Shown: piece by piece, positions 26,955 to 41,310 of the stretch
Numbering within the stretch: position 1 is the first letter of the stretch
How the letters are laid out: the number at the start of each line of letters is the position of its first letter
NCBI GenBank assembly: GCA_964016885.1
Contig: OZ024746.1
Coordinates: 30,070,001 to 30,134,000, forward strand
Reading direction: 5' to 3'
Source: Eledone cirrhosa
Taxonomy: Eukaryota
DNA length: 64,000 bases
Notes under the pieces: model-generated
Told to the model about the DNA's origin: nothing
The model's input: only the letters and a program-made list of their open reading frames with translations
Database searches by the model: none
Translations under genes and position numbers: made by a program

Positions 26955-29900
26955 ATGGATGTGTTAAGAGTAGGATGTTTGAATGCACGTGGCCTGGGCT
27001 CAACTTGGAAGCAAGCAAAGCTTCTAAATTACCTCAGGTCACGTGGTATAAATGTAATGGTTATCTGTGAGACTCGGATCAGCGTCGTGCGGCAGCTGGC
27101 CCCTACCTTCGATGACTTTGAGGTGCACGCATCTCTCTCTCAACCTGGAGGTGGGGGTGGGGTTGTCGTACTGCTGGAAAAATACCTGAGTCTCGCCGTA
27201 CAGGTTGTTCACTCGGACCCGGAAGGTCGTTTGTTGGTGCTAGACGTTGGCAGTAGTGGAGGTGCGGCATTGAGACTGGTCGCCGTCTACTCCCCTTTCG
27301 GAACTGAACCACCCGACTTCTGCCAGCGTCTGGAGACTTTTCTGGGAACGTCGCGTTCCCTGCTTGTAGCGGGGGACTGGAATGAGATCCTAGATGTACG
27401 TTGGGACTATGCAGGAGCATGTCCTAATAGAGGGGGGTGTAACAGCCTCAATTGGTTACTCGACCGTTTTAACTTGGTCCATAGATATCGACTAGATTTT
27501 CCAACTGTGCCAACCTGGACTTGGACGAACAGCGTTGTTCAATCTAGATCGTACTTAGATAGATTATTAGTTAGAAGTAAGGATAGGGTCATATTAAGCT
27601 GTCCAGAAATGCTCACGGTTGGCTATACAGATCACAAATTAGTGACCTGCGTAGTCAACCTCGAGAGAACACATAGACAGGGTCCCGGTTACTGGAAACT
27701 TAATTTGTCTTTACCGGCAAAAGAGGCTTACAGAGACCAGATTAGCAGATTAGTTAAGGAGAGGTTGACGGGTGCAATCGTCAACAACCGATGGTGGGCA
27801 TCTCTCAAAAGCACGAAGGCTGCGTCATTCGAAGTAAAATACGTGCTCTAGGTAATGAGGGGGCCAAAGCCGTTGGCTGGGCCCGCGTGACAGAAGCTAA
27901 GAGTGGAAATCGATCCACCATCCGGTCTTTGCAAGACGAGGATGGACGGGTGATCCGGGAGCCTAAGCAGATGTGCGAGGCCTTTCAAAGGCACTTTGCC
28001 CGATTGTTCGGGGGAGGCGAGGGTCCGGGCGGGGACGTGGATTTCGGTCCATACCTCGACAGCCTGCCGCGTCTCTCAAGCAAAGAGGCAGAGTCCTGCG
28101 ATGGACCAATCTCCGCTGATGAGATCGGGGATGCGCTGAGCCAATGCAGCAGACGCAAATCTCCAGGTCTCGATGGTATACATTACGAACTTTATTTATC
28201 AATGCCGGTCTTCTTCTCCGAACTCCTCGAAGCAGTCTACTGCAATTGGCAGCAGAACGGAAGAATTCCTTGTTCTGTAGGCAAGGGCGTAGTCTCGCTG
28301 GTGAGGAAGGACGAGAACAAGGGGGATAGTATAAATAATTTTCGGCCCATAACCCTGCTAAACACAGAGTTAAAGATTTTGGCCAAGGTGTTAGCAAAGA
28401 GGTTGGCGCTTGTCGTGGGTGGCCTGGTGGGAGATGCGCAGACATGTGCTATCCCATCCAGGTCCATTCACGACAACCCCCACCTCATGCGATACATCAT
28501 AGAGAGGGTTGGCAACAAACCCGGCTGCTTCGGTGGGGCCCTGATCAACTTGGATCAGTCTAAGGCGTTCGATAGGGTCGACCATGGTTACCTGGATGCA
28601 GTGCTAACGGTGGCTGGGTTCGGTCCTGTTTTCAGAGGCTGGATCACTGCCTTACATAGCAACCACATCTGTTCTAGGATCAAGGTGAACGGCTACCTTT
28701 CGAAGCCGTTCGAAATCACACGATCCGTTCGACAGCGGTGCCCTCTCTCCTCCCTTCTGTACGTATTGACTCTCGAGCCTTTACTGAGGAAGTTGGAGTT
28801 GTTGCAGGGTATCCCCCTGGAACCATGATTGAGCAAAGCGGTGTCGGCCTCCGCCGATGACGTAACAGTAATGGTATCGACCGACTCGGAGATCGAGGCG
28901 ATCGGTACCTTACTGGAGGAATACGAAAGGTTGTCAGGAGCGAAACTGAACCGGGAAAAATCCATCGGGCTGCAACTCGGAACGTGGAGAGGCAGACCAA
29001 TGCCTCCCGACGGTGTCGTCGGACACTGGACGGAGGGCCCGGTGAAGTTGCTTGGGTTCTGGTTTGGACCGGACCTCCAGGTGGAAAAGAACTGGGGCGA
29101 GGTTACGAACAAGGTGTTTGCACTGACCCAGAAATGGGCCAAGTGTAAGCTGTCCCTGAAAGGTCGGGCGGAGGTGGCGAACATTTACATAGCGTCCGTC
29201 ACCTACTACCGCCTGACTGTCGTGCCTTGCCCTAAGGAAACACTCACCACCATGGAATGCATGCTCTTTCAATTTCTTTGGAAGAAACGCCCTCCTATGG
29301 TGAGAAGATCCATCTGCTGCCAACAACCTTCAAAAGGAGGGCTGGGGATGCCGTGGTTGATGATGCGTAGGCACGCATTAAGGCTACGGCACCTACAGGT
29401 ATTCCTCACTGGTCAACCGGTGTGGGCTCCGTTCGTGAGACGAGCCTTTCCGAGACTCGTCTCGCTCACCGATCTGCAGTCCTGGGTCAAGCAAAGATCC
29501 GGAAAACTGGGCGACTGGCACACTGAGTGTGCCCAGGCGCTCGGGGCTCTCTGGTAAGTGGACCCGGCCATCGGTGGAGAATCCACCTCGTCATTCTATA
29601 GAGGGCTGGTGTCTAGCAGGGGCGATGACACCCTTGGAGAGTCGCTGGACATGGAAGAGGACGAACTGGCCAGCCTGTTCGGTAGGACTTTCGTCTCGGG
29701 ACCTATGGACAACTTCCAGAAGTCACTGGCCTGGCAGTGCTACCGGGGAGCTCTACCCGTTCGAGAGAAGCTCTACAGACACGGGCGCCCGGGCAGGGAT
29801 CCCTCGAAAAAGATTTGCCCTAGATGCGTGCGCAACGAAGAAACCGTTGCGCACGCATTGGGGCACTGTCCGGGCGTGGTTGATCTGTGGGGCTACGCCG

Positions 29901-30232
29901 AACGACTGCTGTCCCGGGTGGCGCCGATTCGATTGACCTCCGAGTCCGTGATGACAATCAAGCCACCTCCCCTCTTCACAAAGGAAGCAAAGGCGGTTTC
30001 TCTGTGCGTAATAGCCATGTTGATAGAGGTTGTTTGGTGGACACGATTGAAAGGTCTGAGGTCAGGCAACTTCCTCTCTGGCCATAGTCTGGTCTACTTC
30101 TTCCGATATCACTTCAGAAGAAGGATAAGAATGGAGAGAGAGGTGCTTGGCCACAGGCAGTTTTATGAAAGGTGGGTGATAGTGGGGAGAATGGCTCGTG
30201 TAAATGGGCCTTCTCTGTATACCATCCTGTAG
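26955..30232 (+). pseudogene. ORF2 of an L1/Tx1-clade LINE (AP endonuclease, RT, C-terminal CCHC), disrupted
   Basis: Endonuclease motifs LNARGL, CETR, GDWN, SYLDR, TDHK and GYWKLN. RT motifs KSPGLDG, NFRPITLLNTELKILAK, LDQSKAFDRVDH, VRQRCPLS and SADD. C-terminal CPRC...ETVAHALGHC. Frameshift or deletion near 27810 and in-frame stops at 28826 and 29555. Confidence 0.95.
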
Positions 30233-30483
30233 GTAAAGAAGTGAAGGAGAGGGGAGCACCTTCTCCATGTGCTCCCCGGGCAAAGGATTGCACACTTTTT
30301 CGGGGGGGGGGCAACCCCCATCACGTCCCCTCCCTTTTGAGGTTGTTTTTGATTATTTTCATTTTATACCCTTTTTACTTGGTTTTATGTAAACTCCCCC
30401 TTTGAAATTGTCCCTTCTTTTTATACCTTTATGGTAAATAAAGAAATATATCTATCTATCTATCTATCTATCTATCTCTCTAT

Positions 30484-31232
30484 CAGTGCTACCGAGGGGC
30501 TTTACCCGTTCGAGAAAGGCTCTACAGACACAGGCGCCCGGGTAGGGACCCCGCCAAAAAGATCTGTCCCAGATGCGTGTGCGACGAGGAAACCGTTGCA
30601 CACGCATTAGTACACTGCTCGGGCGTAGCCGATCTGTGGGGCTATGTCGAACAACTGCTGTCAAGGGTGGGACCGATCCGGTTGACCACCGAGTCTATTG
30701 TAATGATCAAGCCGCCTCCCCCCTTCAAAGATGAAGCAGAGGCGGTGTTTCTGTGCGTAATAGCCATGGCGAAAGAGGTTGTATGGTGGACGCGTCTGAA
30801 AGGACTGAGGTCGGGCACCTTTCTCTCTGGCCAACAACTGGTCCGTTTCTTCCGATATCATTTCGGAAGAAGGATCAGGATGGAGAGAGAGGTGCTGCAC
30901 CCCAGCCGTTTCTATGAAAGATGGGTGAAAGTGGCGAGAATGGCCCGTGTGAATGGGCCTTCACTCTACATCAGACTATAGGTGAGGAAGATGAAAGACC
31001 AAGAGAGCACCCCTTCTCTGTGCTCCTGAGCACACTTTTTTCGGGGGTGTGTGCGACCCCCCAAGGCGCCTCCTCTCTATTGAAGATTTTGTTAAAAATT
31101 TTATTTTTTGTTATATCTTATTTTATTTTTATATTTTGTTATTGCCTCCTCCTTATTGAGGACGCCTTTTTGTGTAAACTCCCCCCTTTGTACTTGTCCC
31201 ACTTTTGATGCCCTAGTGGCAAATAAAAGAAA
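30484..31232 (+). mobile_element. Second, heavily 5'-truncated copy of a related Tx1 subfamily
   Basis: Encodes CDEETVAHALVHC...ARVNGPSLY, homologous to about 29734-30232. Its 3' UTR is diverged and ends aataaaagaaa followed by (TCTA)n. Confidence 0.92.
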
Positions 31233-31281
31233 TCTATCTATCTCTCTATCTATGTAAATATATATAGAGAGATATATATGC

Positions 31282-31317
<36 letters not shown>

Positions 31318-31320
31318 ATA

Positions 31321-31360
<40 letters not shown>

Positions 31361-31364
<4 letters not shown>

Positions 31365-31488
31365 TATCTATATTTTTCTGTCTATCTACCAATATGACCT
31401 ATCTCTTCATTTTCATTATCTATCGATCTACCAATATACCAATCTCTTTGTCTACCTATCTATATATATCTCTATCTATCTTTCTATC

Positions 31489-31519
<31 letters not shown>

Positions 31520-31529
31520 TTACCTACCT
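31361..31529 (+). repeat. Direct duplicate of 25686-25887, bracketing the Tx1 pair
   Basis: tgcctatctatatttttctgtctatctaccaatatgacc...tttacctaccta occurs on both sides and differs mainly in (TCTA)n length. Confidence 0.9.
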
Positions 31530-33440
31530 AACTACTTACATACATATATATATACGTACATACATACGTACATACATACATACATACATACATACATACA
31601 TACATACATACATACATACATACATACATACATACATACATACATACATACATACATACATACATACATACATACATACATACATACCTATCTCCTTGAC
31701 TTTTCGCAAGGTGGATTTTACCATATCTATTCGAATTTACTATCTTTCTATTTCAGTCTCTGCTTAAGAAGGAAGCGAGCCTTAGCAAACGTAATCACAA
31801 GTTTATTACATATAAATATATCCTACAATCGCATTTATTAATATATATTGTATTATATAAATTATCATTCAATTAAATTCTGAGTTCAAAAGTTTTCTGT
31901 GGGCGATTTTGTCATTAACACATTACTTACAGTTTTTCATTTAATTAATGAAGTATTTTTAAGTTTTTGCTAAAATTATTGATTGTTTCATTATTAATTC
32001 CGTATTTGTAACGTCAGTTATCAAAAGGCTCTTATATGACTTTATATTGAGAGATAACAATTGAAATAGGTAACCGTTTTATTTCAAAAAGGCGGTGTTG
32101 TTTTATTGAAGCATAGCTGAATTTGGTTAAATTATAAAATTCGTATTTGATTTAATATCTTCGACTATGCTGTGGATTAAATGTGCCCCTGTAATTGTGA
32201 TTGCTGTCACTGCACATGGTATTCAAATCCAACCGATGTTACCTTTGCCTTTTATGCTTTTGAATTGGCTAAGAACGTTAACAGTACAACTTTTGGATCT
32301 TTTACTATCTCTCTTTATCACTTCCTCTCTCAAGGAAAATTGATTATGCTTCCATCTGGAGAGGAATGGGCTCGACCGGGATGAAAATACCCGAACACGC
32401 AGTGTGTTAGATAGGCACACCTGCAACTCCACCAAGAATTAAAGGTTAATTCTGAGACGTTCTATTGCCCGAGAAATCATTCCTATATATTTTGTTATAT
32501 ATTTTACGATTGCTACCCGTTGTATTAAACTTCCGCCAAACTATGAATGTCATTCATCTATATAGATAATTCAATTAGAAAGACGTGTTGTCAACTAAGC
32601 TACACAAATTAAGATAGTTCGTGCATCAGCAAATAGCTCACTAACACGAAACACAATTCTCTATGCTCCAGAATTTCCCAATGAAATATATCAGCAAAGC
32701 TGCTTTACTTTCAATTGAACAGCAGAATCACATTTCCTTGACTTTTAATCAATTTTCTGTTCTGTATCCGACCTTATAACTAACTCGGTTACTAAGATTG
32801 TGTCTAGTGATATCAACAGCTTTTTCAACGTTTCTTATTAATTTTTATTTGTTTCACTTGGAGATGATGTTGTTGTTGTTGTAGTTCCTTTTACTGTTGT
32901 TGTAGCTGTTTTTACTGTTGTAGTTGTTGTTGCTACTGTTGCTATTCATGTTGTAGCTGTTATAGATGCACTTGTTCTTATAGTAGTAGTTAATATCGTT
33001 TTTGTATCTGCTGTTGTTATTGTATATCTTCTAAGATTAATATCGTAGTTATTGCAGACAAAAATATTAACTATTCATCTAATAACTTTGCTGAAGCTGT
33101 ATTTCACTTGCCTTTATTAAATGTATCACGTACATTATTGCTAAATCTTTTTCAGATTCCCCAAAACTTATTACATTTGAGAAAACAATGTCAATGTTTC
33201 CTTTGTATTGTGTGTTGGTTTATTCTAAATTATATATTTTCTCACACGTCTCACATTATGAGAGGTGGTTAACTGTGAACGAGAGTGGTTGATCCAGTGT
33301 CAGTCAAAATTACCATGGTGTATATAATTATATACTTTAGAGTCCATAGTTCATATTATTCTGAAATAGATTTTTCTTTATATATATTTATATATATATA
33401 TATATACATGATTCCACATTCCATATATATATACACACAG

Positions 33441-33497
<57 letters not shown>

Positions 33498-33538
33498 CAT
33501 TTTCAAAATTCTCTCGTTGCCTTCAAAACAAACGCTTG

Positions 33539-33582
<44 letters not shown>

Positions 33583-33947
33583 GCATATGTATATTTCATT
33601 CAAACTTGCACACAGTTTTAAACAAAAGGCAACAGACCACACGAATCAGTATAAGACACGTTCTTACACCCAAAAGAGTGGGGCTGAATCTGAAGCCATT
33701 GTTTGCACAGATTCTTCTCTAACTACACAACCCTTCCTATGGTTTTATGAATGTTTCCAATAGAGTAACAACGAAACTGATGTTTATATTCATGAAAACG
33801 ACGAATTCTAGCTTATATATATGAAATGATCGTATTGTTTGTAATGTAGGACATATTTATTTTGAAAGTATATGTTAGTAAAATATTTAACATTTAGCTC
33901 TACTTACACATGGCTTCTTGGTAGGGTGAGAGAGAGAGAGAGAGAGG

Positions 33948-34034
<87 letters not shown>

Positions 34035-35009
34035 TATATATATAGCTTCAGTGTATAGAGAGAAGGCCAATTTTAACGTTGAGTTTCGAGATTATGAATT
34101 GCGTCTAATTAGAAATAACAAGAAGACACATAGGGTTTGAAATATAGATGGTCAGTTACATAGGTCTAACGTATCACTTTTCTTACATATATATATAGCT
34201 TTAATAGTCTCTTTGTTAATCAATAAGCTGTACTGAACACTTGTAACGGGCTCTACGCCAATAAATTCAACCAAGAATATATAATGTTAAACAGAGTGAG
34301 GAGCTCTTTACAACAATTGCTATTAAACAACAGGAACGTGCAACTTTCAACCATTTCCCAGATTACATAAACACTAGAACATAATAAAGTTAAACAATTC
34401 GTTCTTATATTAACATAATATATATATAAAACAACATCAAATATCTACAAAATTGGGTTTGTAGTTCTTGTGTTGTTCTTAAGGTAAATTGAAACTGTGA
34501 TAGTTGAATTCAAACGACCATAAATAATAAGCTAATTCAAACGGGACTAATTAAGCATTACAAGTATTTAATTAAAGTCAGGAGTATACATTTAAATCAA
34601 AATATATCGCCGTTTATTATATTTGGAGTGAATTTGCTAAACGCCATATTTTTTCACATTTTTGTTTGATATTTTCTTTATTATTATTTTTAATACATCT
34701 TGACGAGAGAATGTGGAGGGGAATTGAAGGCAAGTTAACCATGGTATTAAACAAAATAACATACACTTTAACCCACGAAATAATCTGTTGAAGTGGAAAG
34801 CGCGGAAATCTAATAAAGGATTTGATATTAAAATATTTGAACCGTAACTTTTGTTTACAGCTCAAGGGGATGATATATTTATCTTAAGGTTATTAATATA
34901 TTACTGGGTTAAATGATTTTTTTTCTTTTGATTTATCTCGCCATGTTTGATTTTGTTTTTGTTTATATACAGTTTATGCTTTTTTTATATACATATATAT
35001 GCGCGTATG

Positions 35010-35053
<44 letters not shown>

Positions 35054-35098
35054 AAATATGCATACTGAGGTGTCGGTAAACAACCAACATATACTAAA

Positions 35099-35143
<45 letters not shown>

Positions 35144-35405
35144 GTCTGTGTATGTATATATATATATATATATATACATATATTTGTGTGTGTGTGTACG
35201 TGTGGGTTATATTTTCTTTTGTTTATTAACATTTCTGCTCGTTATATTTTAGCGCATTTCTCTCTTCAAATAATTTTTTAATCTTGGATAGATATGGGTA
35301 TACATATGCATAATTTATATATATATATATTTATATATTTGTGTCAGTGCATGTGTGTGCGTCTTTAAATTGAGTTTCAATGTATACATGTATATACATA
35401 CACAT

Positions 35406-35473
<68 letters not shown>

Positions 35474-37999
35474 GTGTGTGTTTGTGTGTTGACTGAAGTA
35501 AAATCAAAAGAAAGCTAAATGTTTCATATACAAAATATATGAATATAATGAGGATGAAAATTAAGGAAAAGGAAGTAAATAGATGAATTGGGAAATTTAT
35601 CTAAGAGAGAAGCCTTACCACAACATTGAGCTTAGTTCCTGTAAAAATACATTTAACTGGACTACGATCACTGAGTGAGTATTAAAATGGCGTTGTTTGT
35701 CAAAGCTATAGAAAAACTGTTATTAACGATGTTGTTTAAACGACTTCGTTATTTTAACATTAAATTCAGGTAATATTGCTAAGCACTGGTGTTTGGTTTG
35801 TGAAGATATTAGAAATTACTGATTTATTTGATTCTTTCTCTCTCTCTCTCTCTTCTATTTTACGTTCTGCTAGCTGCTAATGACATGGAAGGTAATTCGC
35901 CTTCCTTTATCAACACTATTCACTATTTACTGGTTGGTAAATGGAACCTATCTTATTCTCATTAACACCCTTTAAGCATTCTCATCCTATATTGATGCAT
36001 TTAACGACCTTATTAAATATCCTTCTATATTGCTACCACGTAACACCGTTATACGCTTCAAAGTTAATAATTATATACTTATACATTGATGAGAATATTA
36101 AGATTTTCCTCCATTTGGACAATGAACTCAGTGAATAATAAACTATTATCTATACAACACACACCACATCACATACATAGCATCACGCAAACACACATAT
36201 CCCACCAACATACGTACCCACATCACACAAAAATATACACACAGACACAAACACACATACATCTCATCACGCCAACACTTCCAAATATGGAATCTATATT
36301 CAATCCACATTCCCTTTCGAGACATGTAACCATGTTTATGTGACCTTCATATTCTTGCTAATGCATTGTCGTTGCCTTGATCCAGCTGATGAAACTCACA
36401 GCAATTGTTGCCCTGATTCGACAGACTTAGAATCACAGCAATTCATTAGACGAACGTCCCATTATATTTTCAGACAGTGGATCTGCTTTCTTGAATGTGA
36501 TTTTATCAATAATCAGCTGCAATTTCTTGCAGATGTCTCAACATTATAGAGACACAGTGAGAAATGAAATATATCAGCAATAGGAGTAATATCAATTGAA
36601 TTTGATATAAGGTAATTTCAATCAAGGACTCTAAATTTCTTGTACACCTATATAGGATTCTAAACATTAAATTGGAAAGTTCAGCAGCCATACCCCATTT
36701 GAGCTCTATAATTGCTCTTGTAACATCAGCCTTCGAGAGATTAGTCGGCTGAAATGGGGTTCCTCCGAAGGGTCTTTGGAGTAAGGTTACTCGGAAATCG
36801 GAAATCAGAGAGTCACACCAGGTAGATCCATTACTTCTCCGAATTGAGAGATCACAGCTCTGATACTAAGGGCATGTGGTTATAATGTCCCCAGGAAAGT
36901 ATCGCAACACAGATTTTACGGACGAAACCAACCGATAAGAGATCCAGGGATATATTCCAAGCTTGTTGTTTTAGATAAAATCCATGAGCTCAGCTAGTCT
37001 AGAAGAAGAAGAAGAAGAAGAAGAAGAAGAAGAAGAAGAAGAAGAAGAAGAAGAAGAAGAAGAAGAAGAAGAAGAAGAAGAAGAAGAAGAAGAAGAAGAA
37101 GAAGAAGAAGAAGAAGAAGAAGAAGAAGAAGAAGAAGAAGAAGGGGAGGAAAAGTGACATTTTTCCTAGCCAAATGTGTGATATTTTTCTGCGACAATTT
37201 TGCCACTAATTTTATTTGCATTCACCTCTCAAATAAATAGTATTCGTGATCATCGAGTGTATTTATATAAAGGCACTTTATTATTTAATGTTTTCTTTAA
37301 TTGTTGCAATGTTTTAATTGTATTCTAATGTGCATATATTTCTAAACTGTCATACTAATACAGACAGACTGCTTTCGATAGCTTGTTAATATATTTTGCT
37401 ACAGGCGTAAAAAACTATTGAATTGCAATGTGTTTGTTTAAACATCTTTTAAAAAATGAACATTGTTCAGTTGAAGCTTCTAGAATTTTGGTTGCCAAGG
37501 AATCCTTAGAAAATACATCACAGAGAATATCTGTTGGGTCATTGGAAGCATCTCATCAAACTCACTTTATTCTACAAGTATTCTACAAAAGCACTGCAAG
37601 AGGTTTGTCCTTTCTCATGATCTCAATACTACGGTTAAGATAAATTAAGCTAAATGAACCTCCATCATTATCGACGATGAATATGTTACATAGTCGAATG
37701 GTTAATACGCTAAATTCACAATTAATAGGACCAGGGCTCGATCCAACTTCTGGATAAATATAATTTCTCATAACCACGGGTTAGTCCATGTTTTGTGAGT
37801 GAAATTGTGTTGAGAGACATTATCTGGAAGCCCGTCGGATGAACTATATCAGTAATAGAAAGGGCCAACCCCGTCACAAAGTGTATACCCTGAATCTCCC
37901 TCAGAATTACGTTGAAGAGAACGCATTTCTAGAAGGCATAATCTTACCTGTTGTTTTCTAGAGAAGAGTGATCAGTTGATCGATAACTATAACATTCAT

Positions 38000-38610
38000 C
38001 GTTGAAACCCATGACGGTCCATTACTATAACATCCAAATAGTTTATGTATATATATATGGTGGCTGCCAACTCGTTTTCGAGTACGGCCACTACTTTATA
38101 TCCATGTAGGAGAACTCTTATCGATGCGCTGAACGAGTGTGACTTTTTAGTCCAGCCAGCGACTTGAAAACCCTGGTACAAACACTACACCTGTGACAAT
38201 TATTGACACATAGTGCTGGGCCCATGGTACTATGTGACGACAAGTGCAGAGAGATCTCCAGATATAAAGCAATACCTGTGCCGTGAAGCTTTTATAGTGA
38301 GCAAAGGCACTGCACAAAGCCAGTCCCACTCTCTTAACCAAGATGATATTTACCAAAAAGAAGAACAAGTCAACACCATTAGATACCATCAGGGTTGCAG
38401 GTGTTATATCAGAGTTTTCCTTCTCCTAGAATTCTGCCTTGACAAAGGCTAAGGGGTCATCTCTCCCGGTGATTTTGGATGGCCATTGACTCTTAAGAGC
38501 TCCTTTGCCCTTTGACAGGTTTTGTTTTTAGTCCTGTAGGATGTCCAAAGTCACCCTCCTCACCAAGAAACCTTGGTGGGGTTGCCAGTTTAGTCGCCAA
38601 CGACCATTTT
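38000..38610. mobile_element. Interspersed repeat fragment, probably RTE-related. Homologues at about 24870-25060 and 46710-46900
   Basis: Shared words gatggcc-ttgactc, cctcctcaccaag..cttggtggggttgc..gttta.tcgcc.acg and tactgggttac.tg.ta.cagt.gca. Confidence 0.55.
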
Positions 38611-38626
38611 TATACACTACAATAGG

Positions 38627-38694
<68 letters not shown>

Positions 38695-39062
38695 ATTCCT
38701 ATTGTAGTGTATAAAAATGAAAATATTAACCCCACACTACCTCCAAAAAATCTTGGACCAGCCTAAGCTATAGACGTTCTCGCCATTCTTTGCTTCGCAT
38801 AAATTGAACACAAACCAAAGGGACTGTCTTCTAATTACGGGAATGGTTTCAGTTGATTAACTTTCTTCCATATCTGGTCTCCATATGCAGAATGAGGGAT
38901 ACATTATATTAAGGGTACATTTGTCTGAGGAATGCTCTTGAAAAGGTGTTGCGTAGATCGTCAAATATATATCAACTCACACAGTGATTTCAGAAGACGG
39001 CTTTTCAATTGGTCGAACGACTGGCACACGCATCGTTGGAACCGGTGACGAACCATTTGCCT

Positions 39063-39147
<85 letters not shown>

Positions 39148-39184
39148 AGAGAGAGAGAGAGAAAGAGAGAACGAAATAGATTAG

Positions 39185-39242
<58 letters not shown>

Positions 39243-39592
39243 TGACCCTCAGTCGCATAAATTTGAACACAAACATATCGACATCAATACATAAACATAC
39301 ACTCAACATTACCCAACAGATATATACCACAATAAACATCAAGTAATAGCAATCTCATCCTTCAAAACTATACCCAATAGCTCTGAGCATAACATCATGA
39401 AACCTACACCAATTACTGTTTCAGGGGTGAGGGATATTGTCAGGCTGTATACGTTGTATTAGTAACACACACACACACACAAACACATATACAATGACAT
39501 ACACACATATATACAATGACACACACACATATATACAATGACACACACACGCACACACAGGCATACACACACGCGCACACATACGCACACGC

Positions 39593-39661
<69 letters not shown>

Positions 39662-39886
39662 AAATATATAATTTTAATATGCATCTTTAACAAAAGCAAA
39701 CGATTATTTTCTCAAATATCTTTTGTCGACTGCAAGAAAATACATTCTGTTGTTTCTTTTCTGGTGTATTTTATTCGTTTATTTTTGTATTTAATTTACT
39801 ATTTTTTAAAGTAATGTATACTTTATTTTACATCAGGGCGACTTTAAAAATATTTCTAAATTCCTATCATTAAGTAATTCTATATG

Positions 39887-39928
<42 letters not shown>

Positions 39929-40599
39929 ATTATCTCGTTTATCATTATTATCATCGATGTTGTGGCTGCTGTTACATGGTATTGATATTATTATCATTAT
40001 TTTGAATTTTCAATATTTTTTATACCATCTATCGTATCGATTTTTTCTTCTTTATTTTTTCTTTCCATGATGGACAGCCTTAAGCGTTTGCAACAAACTC
40101 TTGCATTAAAACAAAAGTTAAAATGACGATAAATATTTTTTTTCGATTTCACAATAAAGTGTTTTGTTTCTTTGATTTTTGCTGTTGCTTCTTTTTAAGC
40201 ATATTTCAAGACAATCAATGTTATTTGCGTTGCATTTCAAGACATCAACACGATGGAATCAGAGATTTTGGAAAGAAAAGAAACAAAAATAAAAGTAATG
40301 GGAAATAAAAGGGAAACATATTTTTCTTCGATAGATTCGTATTTACAGAAAGATGACATATCTCAATATTTCCTATTTCTTTATCCTTACAATTGTTTCT
40401 TTATTCTTTGCTATGATTATCAAACATCAGATTGTCTAGCAAAACGTTGTATTTTGATGGTTTTGTTTCCGAATGCTGCTATACTTTTTAATTTTAGTTT
40501 TAAAATACCCACCAAATATTTGGAAATGTATTGTAACTATTGGTATCTCTCTTACATAGACAGACTGTCGGAAATATAATGTAACTGAATATTTCAACA

Positions 40600-40659
<60 letters not shown>

Positions 40660-40662
40660 GAT

Positions 40663-40695
<33 letters not shown>

Positions 40696-40723
40696 CACAC
40701 ACAGTGATACACACACAAACACA

Positions 40724-40772
<49 letters not shown>

Positions 40773-40800
40773 ACACACACACGCACATATATATATATAT

Positions 40801-41310
40801 AAATTTTGAGTAAATGTTGGTTGTATACCAACACCTCAGTATGCAGATTGGAGCACTCGACGAAGTGCGTAGGTTTGTTTGGTTACTCCGGAGGAATGTA
40901 AAATAAACTAAAAAAAATAAGTCAAATATTTAAAATGTTGCTTCGTTTATCACTGCTATATATATTTCGATGACAGCCATCTTTGGCTGTGACCTCTTCA
41001 GGCAGTCCGAATTATTTTAGTCGAGACGAATACACATGTTGTTGAGGTGTTTAACTTTGTCAATACTCTGATATATCCAGTTCCTGTTTGGGTTGTTATT
41101 TCACTGAGGAACTGGAATCATATGAATTTAAACAAACCAATTTCAGCGTCAAAGGACATCTTCTCCTCCCATTGGTCAGTTGTGAGAACATTCCTCAGTC
41201 AAAGGTCTATAGAAATTCGTTCTGAGGCGAGGCAATCTGTAGTGGTTGTTCTTGTTATTGTTAAGTACATCTGACCTCTACTCTTATGTTGGTAGTGGTG
41301 TTGGTGTTGG
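40801..41310. mobile_element. HHR-bearing element, same family as 9154-9523
   Basis: 40900-41120 is colinear with 9154-9372, and 40803-40900 is the inverted tail. Confidence 0.8.
40952..41006 (-). ncRNA. Type-I hammerhead ribozyme
   Basis: Minus strand reads actgc CTGAAGA ggtca-cagcca aaga tggctg-tcatc GAAA tatatata gcagt. All three stems form, and the triplet is AUA. Confidence 0.85.

Larger units (their letters stand above)
25888..30446 (+). mobile_element. L1/Tx1-clade non-LTR retrotransposon inserted in (TCTA)n
   Basis: ORF1, ORF2 and 3' UTR ending aataaagaaa and running into (TCTA)n. The 5' flank is also (TCTA)n. Confidence 0.9.
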
